Part shown: piece by piece, positions 49,907 through 60,363 of the stretch
Layout of the letters: each line of letters opens with the position of its first letter
How positions within the stretch are numbered: the first letter of the stretch is position 1
Source: Octopus bimaculoides
Lineage: Eukaryota
Direction: 5' to 3'
Length of the DNA stretch: 60,363 nt
NCBI RefSeq assembly: GCF_001194135.2
Contig: NC_068987.1
Location: forward strand, 32,018,221 to 32,078,583
Notes under the pieces: generated by a model
Seen by the model: the letters and a program-made list of their open reading frames with translations, nothing else
Databases searched by the model: none
Told to the model about the DNA's origin: nothing
Position numbers and translations under genes: made by a program

Positions 49907-51430
49907 GAGGTTAAGAATATAGTTTGTGAAAGGGTGTAATGTGATGTGTAAGGTCAGTGACCCAGGTGAAATAAGAGTCTACTAGACTGGTTCTTAGGTT
50001 GACTGAAGTTGGGTGTTGGTGATATTTTATTATTGTAGGTTTGGAGCAGTGGGTATCTGGGAGAGGACCTAAGACAAATTAAGGATATGGAGTAAAGAAA
50101 GCTAATGTAAAAATGAAGAAAAATAAATGCATACAAGCCAATTAAACATAGGGCTGGAATTTAGAATTTGCTAGCAAAGACAAAGGAAGTGGAGTTACAC
50201 AGAATTTGGGGGTATTCAGTGGATATTGGTTGAAAATTGGGGGAGGATATGAAGGCAATCTAACTTTTAAGAAAATGTAATGTTAAGCACGAATGATTTA
50301 TCAGGTAAAGTGTAGGGTGTTGTTTTAGAAATGAATATGTATATGGGTTAGTGGAGATTGCTTGTAATATTGGAACATGTTTGCCTGGAGAAAAAAAATC
50401 TTGTAGTAATTGTAGAGTTCTACTTATCATTAAGGAGTTTAAAGAAGGAGGGAGTTATATAATAAACTACACCTAGTACAGAGTTAGAAGAAATACCAGA
50501 TTAGATATTAAAGAAAGCCAGCAGTAGGGAGTAGTCTAATGATTTACAATACAGAATGTTATATAGGTGGCGTTGATATTATTTAATTAGATAGTATAAT
50601 CACTATTGTGTGAATCAGGTAGTCGCAGGTAAGTGGTTTGGATAGTGTGTTCCATCTATTATTTAACAAGCACAGCACAAAATAACTGTATCTTGGTGTA
50701 AGGATTACTTACTTAGTGGAATTAGGAAAGAACTGGTTAGGTTGTGCAGGCTGCTGCTTCTAGGTTAGATATCGTTGCTATCACTATTGCATAATACTGG
50801 GTACACCACAAGTAGAATGGTTAGTTCCTTCAATATAGCATGCCATGCAAGTATAGTAAGAGTGGTTAGAAAGTAATGGTAAAGAAGAATGTGACTAGAA
50901 GGACTCAAAAACAAATAAGCAGATCAATCAACATTTGGGTCAACAATAGAGGGAGTAAATTAGATTGGCCCTAAATTAGGAGCTATCATAAAAATTGTTT
51001 AATGTCCTTAAAATATTTAAAAGTGAGTTTATCCTTGTGTATACAGGAAAGACAAAGGTCTAGTTTATTATTTATTAGATTTTCACTATTTGATCTCTTT
51101 AAAATTTCAAACAGCTCAATTCAGCAAAGTCTGCACCTGTATCTGCTGTTTAAGTACAGTTTAGCAATGCTAATGATGTCCCAACTCAAATCAAATTTAA
51201 CATTGTCGTCCTTGAGCTCCCAAACATCTGTGGCTAGAGATGTCCTGCCAGTCCTATCTCTTAATTTAAAGGAAGAGTAGTGTTTATGTAAGCGCTCCTT
51301 GAGATTTACAGAGCAGCTGATATAAATATAAGTATTGGTCTCCGTCACATCACATTTGTAAACCACATTTATTGCTAGACATCAACCAGAAAGTGGACAT
51401 AATAGTTTGTCTAAACAATTGAACCCAATA
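49907..51430 (-). mobile_element. Penelope-like element 3' region with GIY-YIG endonuclease (about 50995-51430)
   Basis: CLDKLLCPLSG*CLAINVVYKCDV...YISCSVNLKERLHKHYSSFKL...TSLATDVWELKD...WDII...RCRLC, a typical PLE GIY-YIG; followed by the repeat shared with 606-1235. Confidence 0.85.
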
Positions 51431-51809
51431 TTTTCTAAGACTTGAAATTTATTATTATGGGTATGCAATCCTACGTTATTATGGCATAATAGTTCAAAGC
51501 TTGTGAGAGTTACTGGTGTTTGCATGGTTGTTACCAGGGTTTATATTACCAGGATCAATACTATTACAATTAGATGCTGAGCCCAGGGTCAGAGAATGTT
51601 GGTACAGAGCATTGTCGTAAGAGATCTGGCTTTCAGATAGTGACACTAGAGGGTCAAGGGTGGGTGGTTTAATAGAAAAATTTTCAGCACAGGTGTTAGC
51701 ATTTTGTGCATTGGGCATATCGACAACATGAATGAAAGTGGGTGGGCAGTTCTTACACCTAGTAGAGAGAGTGTTAAGGTTGTATGAAGTGATATGGTGT
51801 GAGCTTAAG

Positions 51810-51846
<37 letters not shown>

Positions 51847-51956
51847 ACGCGCGTGCATGTGTGTGTGTGCGTGAGTGTGTGTGAGTGTGTACATACATAC
51901 ATACATACATGCATGCAGACATACATACATGCATGCATACATACATACATACATAC

Positions 51957-52092
51957 ACAATAGGCAGTTTCTTTCAGTTTCCATCTGTCAAATCCACTCA
52001 CAAGGCTTTGGTCAGCCCAAGGCTATAGTAGAAGATACTTGCTCAAGGTGTCACGCAGTGGGAGGAAGCAAACTTCTTACTACACGACCATG
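51957..52092 (-). mobile_element. SINE family A, internally deleted 5' part
   Basis: Reverse complement GTGTAGTAAGAAGTTTGCTTCC...CCTTGAGCAAGTATCTTCTACTATAGCC...GGAAACTGAAAGAA. Confidence 0.85.
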
Positions 52093-52930
52093 TGTGCGTC
52101 TATGTCAGTGTAGTCCTTGGACAGAATAGAACCTGGCCAGGATGTTAAGCTGATATTATGTCTTTACCCAAGAGCTGGGTAAATATCGAAGGAAATACAA
52201 AAGTTATTCTATAAAGCTTTCGTGTATAACTATTAAAAAAATAAATCCACCTTATCTAGTAAATTTGTAGGTTTCATAGTTTCATTGACAAAGGGAGAAA
52301 ACTCAACAATTATTTCCCTTGCATTACAAAATAACGTAAAGTATTTCGTCTCTTAAAATTAATGTTGTTTAATTGGTCCCAGTTGAACATACCTATAACA
52401 TTCTATGTATGACCATCCTGGGCTACATTATACAATGCATCCTTCATTTTTTAAAAATAACAAAGAGTCGTCGTTCCTAAGAAATTAAACTGTAATAGGG
52501 TCTGTTAGTGTACAATGGAAAAACGATTTTTATGTTGGTCTTATTTACTTTTCGAATTTAGTTTTCATTGAATTTCCATTGGTAGATGCAAAACCAGATT
52601 TATCACATTTATAATGAATCAGTTTGTTTCTTCACTATCAGAAGAAATTAGTTGTAATCAATATATATGCCTAACAAACAGGTTGTAAATACAGCAAACG
52701 CATAACAAACACCATGCTTTTAACTGCTCTGTCTGTGTAAACATTTAAGAATATGTGGTCTAAATGGGGAAAGTATTAACAAACACTAGTTTGTCAATAT
52801 ATAGTCAATTAATGTCAATGTATCGGACAAAGACTTAATTAAATAATTACCCAGAATTAATTATATAATGAGATAGATAGATACATACATACATACATAC
52901 ATGCATGGACAGACAGCCAGACAGACAGAC

Positions 52931-52984
<54 letters not shown>

Positions 52985-54180
52985 GGCGTTTACTTATTGA
53001 ATGTTTGGAGTATTAAAAAAATAACTTAAACTTATATAGTGAGAGGGGGAAAAAACGACATTAGTCAAATCAGTTAATGTGGTGAATGCCGTACACAAAA
53101 AATTTCTTATCTGAATTGTCCCTTTTGGTTAGAAAAAGAAAACAACATAGCTGAAACTGCTAGCAATTTTCGAAGGGGAAGGGAGATAATTTCAATAGAT
53201 TAGGAATTAGTTAAGACAATTTATATAATTAAAAAAAGCATAGCCTGCTTTTTGATAGCTGACAAAGAACGATGGACATGTTTCAGTTCTGATATTTTTT
53301 CAATGAATAAGGGAGACAACTGAAAACAGTTATTAATTTGTATTATGATCTTAGTCAGGACTGGCTCTAGGGTTGCTGGTGTCTCAGGCAAGCTGAACTT
53401 CGGCTCCCTTACAAGTATAATTTTTTAAAACTTTCTCAAATAGAAAAAAACTGAGAATGTAGACTGNNNNNNNNNNNNNNNNNNNNNNNNNNNNNNNNNN
53501 NNNNNNNNNNNNNNNNNNNNNNNNNNNNNNNNNNNNNNNNNNNNNNNNNNNNNNNNNNNNNNNNNNNNNNNNNNNNNNNNNNNNNNNNNNNNNNNNNNNN
53601 NNNNNNNNNNNNNNNNNNNNNNNNNNNNNNNNNNNNNNNNNNNNNNNNNNNNNNNNNNNNNNNNNNNNNNNNNNNNNNNNNNNNNNNNNNNNNNNNNNNN
53701 NNNNNNNNNNNNNNNNNNNNNNNNNNNNNNNNNNNNNNNNNNNNNNNNNNNNNNNNNNNNNNNNNNNNNNNNNNNNNNNNNNNNNNNNNNNNNNNNNNNN
53801 NNNNNNNNNNNNNNNNNNNNNNNNNNNNNNNNNNNNNNNNNNNNNNNNNNNNNNNNNNNNNNNNNNNNNNNNNNNNNNNNNNNNNNNNNNNNNNNNNNNN
53901 NNNNNNNNNNNNNNNNNNNNNNNNNNNNNNNNNNNNNNNNNNNNNNNNNNNNNNNNNNNNNNNNNNNNNNNNNNNNNNNNNNNNNNNNNNNNNNNNNNNN
54001 NNNNNNNNNNNNNNNNNNNNNNNNNNNNNNNNNNNNNNNNNNNNNNNNNNNNNNNNNNNNNNNNNNNNNNNNNNNNNNNNNNNNNNNNNNNNNNNNNNNN
54101 NNNNNNNNNNNNNNNNNNNNNNNNNNNNNNNNNNNNNNNNNNNNATATATATATATATATATATACATATGTGCATATAT

Positions 54181-54650
54181 ATCATCATCATCATCGTTTA
54201 ACGTTCGCTTTCCATGCTAGCATGGGTTGGACGATTTGACTGAGGACTGGTGAACCGGATGGCTGCACAAGGCTCCAATCTGATTTGGCAGAATTTCTAC
54301 AGCAGGATGCCCTTCCTAACGCCAACCACTCCAAGAGTGTAGTGGGTGCTTTTATGTGCCACTGGCAGGAGGGCCAGTCACGCAGTACTGGCAACGGCCA
54401 CACTCAAAATGATGTTTTTTACGTGCCACCTGCACAGGAGCCAGTCCAGCGGCACTGGCAACGACCTCACTTGAATGATTTTCCAACGTGCCACCGGCAC
54501 AAGTGCCAATACGACAATGCTGGTAATGATCACACTCAAATGGTGCTATTTACATGCCGCTAGCACAGAAGCCAGACAGCTGCTCTGGCAATGATCGTGC
54601 TTGGACGGTGCTGTTAGTGCTCCACTGACGTAGGTGCCAGTCATCGAATA
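54181..54650 (-). mobile_element. Retroelement 3' end with (GAT)n tail and five ~65-bp internal tandem units
   Basis: Reverse complement of the 49548-49710 family; TGCCAC-initiated units at 54357, 54424, 54489, 54555 and 54618. Confidence 0.8.
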
Positions 54651-55502
54651 TGGTTCAATTACGATTTCGATATATATATATATATGTAGTGAAACTACCT
54701 ATCGCCATTAGATACAAAACTGCTATCGCCATTCTTCTCATTTAAATATAAACAAGCGCGGGCGTAGCGGAAAACATCAACCTTGTCATCACGTGACTGA
54801 TCATTATTCGAATCGGCAGCTTCTTCGAACCGTTCCCGCCAGAACGCAAACTGACCAATCACAGCCCTTAATAAGGTCACGTGATAGAGTATTTTTCTGA
54901 AGCCTTCGGGAGCCGATAGTTTGTTATAAATAGCTTTAACTCGGCGGCCAAATAGGTCTTGGTTCAGTTTCTCTTTGAGNNNNNNNNNNNNNNNNNNNNN
55001 NNNNNNNNNNNNNNNNNNNNNNNNNNNNNNNNNNNNNNNNNNNNNNNNNNNNNNNNNNNNNNNNNNNNNNNNNNNNNNNNNNNNNNNNNNNNNNNNNNNN
55101 NNNNNNNNNNNNNNNNNNNNNNNNNNNNNNNNNNNNNNNNNNNNNNNNNNNNNNNNNNNNNNNNNNNNNNNNNNNNNNNNNNNNNNNNNNNNNNNNNNNN
55201 NNNNNNNNNNNNNNNNNNNNNNNNNNNNNNNNNNNNNNNNNNNNNNNNNNNNNNNNNNNNNNNNNNNNNNNNNNNNNNNNNNNNNNNNNNNNNNNNNNNN
55301 NNNNNNNNNNNNNNNNNNNNNNNNNNNNNNNNNNNNNNNNNNNNNNNNNNNNNNNNNNNNNNNNNNNNNNNNNNNNNNNNNNNNNNNNNNNNNNNNNNNN
55401 NNNNNNNNNNNNNNNNNNNNNNNNNNNNNNNNNNNNNNNNNNNNNNNNNNNNNNNNNATAAATGCTCACGTGTTAATGACTCTTTCTATCTGCTGTAATA
55501 TC

Positions 55503-55696
55503 TCACATACATACTTTTCTTTGTATGACGGCCTGTCTTTGATTATGTTCTTATATGTCGCATTCACACTCTCACATACACATACATGTATCACTCACAT
55601 ACATGTATCACTCACATACATACTTTTCTTTGTATGACGGCCTGTCTTTTATTATGTTCTTATATGTCGCATTCACACTCTCACATACACATACAT
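55503..55696. repeat. Near-perfect ~86-bp local direct duplication
   Basis: TCACATACATACTTTTCTT...CTCTCACATACACATACAT at about 55503 and 55611. Confidence 0.9.
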
Positions 55697-55914
55697 CTTT
55701 AACGCTACAATAAATATCTCTGTTATTCATCTTATACGGTTGTCTTTTCTATCGTCTCATTACTGGCTATTTGTGTTATCGTAGTATAACATTATTTGTA
55801 TATCATCATAGATATATTATTTTGTGTTCGACCGTGTGACACGTTTAAATAAAAGGAGTCCTCTGTTTTTCCATTCGTCACCATTTCTCCTTTTTGAGTT
55901 TGCACGGTCGTTCT

Positions 55915-55964
<50 letters not shown>

Positions 55965-55968
55965 AATC

Positions 55969-56010
<42 letters not shown>

Positions 56011-56019
56011 GTGGGTGTG

Positions 56020-56265
56020 TGTGTATCTACATGTCTGTGTCTTTGTGTATGTGTTTCTCACCCCACTATTGCTTGACAACTGGTGTTGGTATGTTTACAT
56101 CACTGTAACTTAGCAGTTCAGCAAAAGTGACCAATAAGAATAAGTACTAGGCTTTAAAAATTAGCAAGCCTTGCAGTCAGTTCATCCAACTAAAAATTCT
56201 TCATGGTGATGCTACAGCTTGGCTGCAGTCAAATGACTGACTGAAATGAGTGAAAAATAAAAGAT
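56020..56265 (+). mobile_element. SINE family A, 3' half
   Basis: GCTTGACAACTGGTGTTGGTATGTTTACATC...GGCTGCAGTCAAATGACTGA...AAAAGATAA after (GT)n. Confidence 0.75.
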
Positions 56266-56738
56266 AATAATGACTTCTTGTCAGATATTTACCACCAACT
56301 ATAGATGTTACTATGCTTTGCTAAAATTATCTACTACTAATGAATATTTAAAATTTTCAAACTGTTGAATAAAAAGTGTCATCTTTACAGATAAAGTTAA
56401 ATTTTACTGTTCACTGAAATTGGTAATTAATAATAATATAACAACAGCTGTTATATTAACATTATTATTGCCATTATTTTTTAAAGTATTTGTCATTTTT
56501 AATTAAAACACATGTTACAAACAACTGTTGTTATTACAGTAACATCACTGTGGTTAACAACAACAGTTATTACAGTACAATAACTGTTGTCATTACAATA
56601 TAACTGTTATTACATTAAAATAACTGTGGTTGTTACATTGAAATAATTGTTTATTGCAATAAAATAAGTTTGGTTATTACAGCAAAACAATCACAGGCTT
56701 CACATGAAGCTAAATATAAGGTTAACAATAAAAATAAC

Positions 56739-57300
56739 TGTAATCTTCAAGTTTAGGGAGGTAAAAAAAGTAAATAAAAATATACAAGGGAAATAACTTA
56801 ACGTCTTACTAGTATTGTCTGTACTACTCTGAAATGTGTTTTTTTTTAGCTGTTTATAAATAAATCACACACGTGTCTTTTTGTTTTAACAAGTCCACAT
56901 GGTACTAAACAATCCTCGCAGGTAAATTTATTCCTAATAAGCCGACGGCGCTCACACCATTCCAACATTTTGTGTCTTGAACTGCTGCATAATTCACTAA
57001 TATTCCAATATTCTAATATTAATTGACGAGTGAGGATTTCATTTTGAGGAACAATAAGTTGTTGTGTAGCCGGTCTTCTACAAGGCATTTTGAATTTCTC
57101 AGCCGGTTACTATGATATTCAATCACGTGTGTGATTTATATATAAACAGTTAACTTCAATCACGTGTGTGGTTTATTTATAAACAGCTAAAAAAAAAAAA
57201 CACATTTCAGAATAGTACGGATAATACTAGTAAGACGTTAAGTTATCTCCCTTGTATATTTTTATTTACTTTTTTTACCTCCCTAAACTTGAAGATTACC
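56739..57300 (-). mobile_element. Merlin-type non-autonomous DNA transposon (562 bp, ~140-bp TIRs, 8-bp TSD)
   Basis: TIR (G)GTAATCTTCAAGTTTAGGGAGG...; TSD AAAATAAC at 56731-56738 and 57301-57308; internal ORF 56846-57088 with WCERRRLIRNKFTCEDCLVPCGL, resembling a Merlin N-terminal Cys motif. Confidence 0.8.
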
Positions 57301-57974
57301 AAAATAACTATAATTATTTCCATTGAAATATAATAATGGATAACTTAAGTACCAAACTGAAATTGTGAACTTTCTCCATAATTTCAGTATAATGGTAATA
57401 CACATCAAATATTGAAAAGTTAATTGAAAGCTGCCAATTAATATATATGTTTGTTGTCTTCCTAGCTATATGTGTTCAGGGATCTAATACTTGAAGTGTT
57501 GAACTGGTAGGGTGAGATAAAAACAGGTATCTAACCAACATTAATATGTTAAATAAACTAGAAAGTTCTATACTCCTTTCTGAAAAAACAATATATAAAA
57601 TCTACAAGAATTTTTTGTGACTTAAAAGTACAAAAGTCCTCTTTGTTCTCACACTTTTACAAATTCTTTTTATACCAGAATTTGGTTTTGAAGAATGACG
57701 CATCTGTTTTGCTGGTTAAACTGGATGCTTTTTTTTTTTTTTTTTTTTCATTGCCAACAAATTCAGGGGTGAACGTGATCCGTTAGGTAGTGTACTGTGA
57801 GGTTCATTGTTAGTTGTGTTGGTAGAGGTGGTGGTTTCAGTCGAGCTGTTGTTGGCTGTGTTGGCTGTGTTGATCTGCTTTTATTGTTGTTAATGTTTAT
57901 ATCATTTAACAACAGCTTGGTACTGTCAGAATTCACAGTTAATGTTATTATTATTATTGTTGTTGTTGTTGTTT

Positions 57975-58252
57975 AGCCCATTCTCAGCACGGATTTATCA
58001 AACCTATGGTCAAAGGCAGACCACCTTTGACCAAGACCAGCAGTCGCCCATGCATACCAGCCTCCCTTCTCCATGCCACCAATGTTATCCAAGAGAAAGG
58101 CAAAGGCCTTAGCGCCAGTGATGCTGCAACTCATTTCTACAACTGAGTGAACTAGAACGACATGAAATAAAGTGTCTTGCTCAAGAACGCAATGCACAGC
58201 CCAGTCCGGGAATCGAACTCACTACCTCTAACCACTGAGCCATGGACCTTCA
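57975..58252 (-). mobile_element. tRNA-derived SINE with CORE-like central domain
   Basis: Reverse complement TGGCTCAGTGGTTAGAG (A box), GAGTTCGATTCCCGG (B box), CTTGAGCAAGACACTTTATTTC...CACTCAGTTGTAGAAATGAG; (AAC)n/(AAT)n tail. Confidence 0.8.
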
Positions 58253-59114
58253 CTAAACTCAGCTATTGTATCCATATCTGTCAATGGAGAATTACTACAA
58301 TCATTTGTACAATGTATTGTCAAAAAATTGATTTATCACAAGCCGAACTGTTCTAAGCAGTCCTAACTGTGAGAAGGGAGCACCATGGTGGTACAAGCCT
58401 AAGGTGCTGAATACACTAGCACTAGTCTGTTTCCATTTGTTTGTGTACTATATGATATGATGTAGTGATTTCTTCATTTTATTTTCAAATTGTTTTTCTG
58501 ATCTGTTGTAAGCAAACAGGGCAAGTCTAAGAAATTTTGTTATAGAAATTTTAAACTGTTTCTCTATCTTTGTGGAGGAGAAATGAAATATTTATGAGAA
58601 TTTTCTGTGTCACATGCTTGTGTTTTGTTTATGCGCTCAATAGCTGTGGGATAGCTTCAGAGATAAAAGTCCCTTTAAGTGTTAAAAAACTGAATCCCTC
58701 AATCCAAGCTAATGAGTGCATAAACAAAATGTGACATTGATAATGTTTACATTACCAAAACCACTTATAATTCAAAATTTAATTTCATTATACCTGTGCA
58801 GCACCTTTGAACATCAGCAGATAGACTCTACACTATTTCCATACATTACCTCAGACCAGTGATTGCAATGCATTCCAAGGTGACCCAAGTACACAATAAT
58901 GAAGAGCTGCAAAAGTAGTGAAATATCTGTAACGGTTAGTTTTTCATTGCAGTCGAGGGTCATTAATTGTAATGGTTGTCAAGGGTCGTTAATTGTAATG
59001 GTTGTTGTTGTAACAGCATGTTGTAAGATGTGAAAGATGAAGGAAGAACAGTGATCAAAGTTGTAAAGAAATATTTAATATATGTCATACCATGACGGGT
59101 AGGCTAGTGTAATA

Positions 59115-60258
59115 GTAAATTACGAAACAAATGGTAGTCTGAAGGAGCAAGGTCGGGAGAATAAGGTGGAGGAGGAATTTTTTCCCAACCAAGCTCTTCG
59201 ATCTTCTGTGATGTGATCTTTGAAAGGTGGGGTTGCACATTGTCCTGATGAAACATCACTCTTTTTCGATTCACTAAAACAGGTCTTTTTTTCTTCAAAG
59301 CTTAGTTCAAATGCTCTAATTGCTGACAGTAGACTTAAACATTTATTGTTGCATTAGGTGGTAACAATTCAAAGTGAATCACTTCACTCCTTTGCAATCC
59401 CACCAGATAGAAAGAAGAACCTTTTTTCCATGAGGTTCCTTTCTTGGTTGTGATTGAGCTTTTTCCCTTTTACCAAGCCACTGTTTACAACGTTTATTAT
59501 TTCAATAGAAGATCCATTTATTGTCACCATTCACAAATCTATCCAAAAAGGGTGAAATGAGTTCACGAGAATGAAGAGAAGAGCAAATGTCAACTCAGGA
59601 TTTGCAGTTGCTTTCGGACAATTCGTGAGGCACCCATTTTCCAAGTTTAGGAACCTTTCCAAGTTGCTGAAGATGATGATGAACAGTTGCATGGTTTTAA
59701 CTAAGCTTTATTGCCAATTCTTCAACTGATAATGCAGGATTTTCTTCAAGTAATGCCTCAAGGAGCTTATCATCAAACTCAACTGGGCGTCCTGTTCGAA
59801 CTTGATCTTCAAGGCTGAAATCTCCACTTCTGAATTTTGCAAACTATCATCTGCAAGTTCTTTCACTCAAGCATTCTTTCCCATAAACTGAGTGTATATT
59901 TCGAGTCGCTTTGGCTGCGAAGTTTCCTTTTTTGTACTCAAAGAATACGTGCCTCAAATGCTCTTTGGATACTTCCATGTTAGGGTTTTAATCAAAGAAA
60001 TTTTAATTCTATTATTCTGTAAAATAATATTTACTTAAACATTGATTGTTGCATTAAGTGGTAACAATTCAAAGTGAATTACTCCTTTGCAATCCCACCA
60101 GATAGAAAGAAGAACCTTTTTTCCTTGAGGAAAAATGCATAAAAATGCACAAATGCATAAAAATAATTTTTAATTCCATTAGACATTCTAAAATACTATT
60201 AAATTTCATTCAATTTTAAAAAAAGGTAAAATCGGACAGAACTTATGAGATGACCTGA
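59115..60258 (-). mobile_element. Mariner transposon, same family as 27529-28855, 3'-truncated
   Basis: 5' TIR and UTR match the 27.5-kb copy; ATG at 59978; FHQDN and YSPDLAPSDYHLF present; similarity stops right after YHLF and the second TIR is absent. Confidence 0.95.
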
Positions 60259-60363
60259 TAATTCAAAATTTAATATATGAAAATGTCAAATTGACATACT
60301 TCCCAGTTACCTGTGATACAAGCAAAAATATCTTTATTAACCAGAATTTGGACATAATTAACA

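Noticed and set aside
57760-57900. Minus-strand Thr/Asn-rich frame followed by A20, possible exon or retrocopy
   Set aside because: Low complexity, with no TSD and no convincing splice sites.
58852-58928. Possible minus-strand exon (ISLLLQLFIIVYLGHLGMHCNHWSE, GAG/GTAATG donor)
   Set aside because: No polypyrimidine tract, no linked exons and no recognisable homology.
1-60363. CRISPR array, rRNA or true tRNA genes
   Set aside because: No regularly spaced repeat-spacer structure; tRNA-like boxes all belong to SINE heads without a full cloverleaf.

Overview
AT-rich animal genomic scaffold with 15 N-gaps and abundant microsatellites. It is made almost entirely of decayed transposable elements, and I can support no host protein-coding gene. 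The SINE and MITE families look like those of Octopus (recognition and inference, not a database result). The window contains five mariner copies or fragments, a Tc1 fragment, a full-length degenerate Chapaev3-type (CMC) transposon, a Merlin-type element, two MITEs, Gypsy pol, RTE and CR1/Jockey-like LINE fragments, Penelope-like (PLE) GIY-YIG fragments, and many tRNA-derived SINEs. The main signal not visible in the ORF track is RNA structure. There are at least five type I hammerhead ribozyme (HHR) motifs with palindromic stem III, plus an inverted pair of minimal HHR-like motifs. Two of the HHRs belong to a ~354-nt non-coding repeat: one copy is a 1.35-mer with 123-bp terminal direct repeats, and the other is a diverged antisense homolog with compensatory hairpin changes. 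This is the architecture expected of a non-LTR retrozyme (candidate circular RNA). Other notable structures are a 520-bp inverted duplication fused to a PLE, a MITE with a telomere-repeat palindrome at its centre, head-to-tail SINE arrays, and templated insertions in mariner relics.
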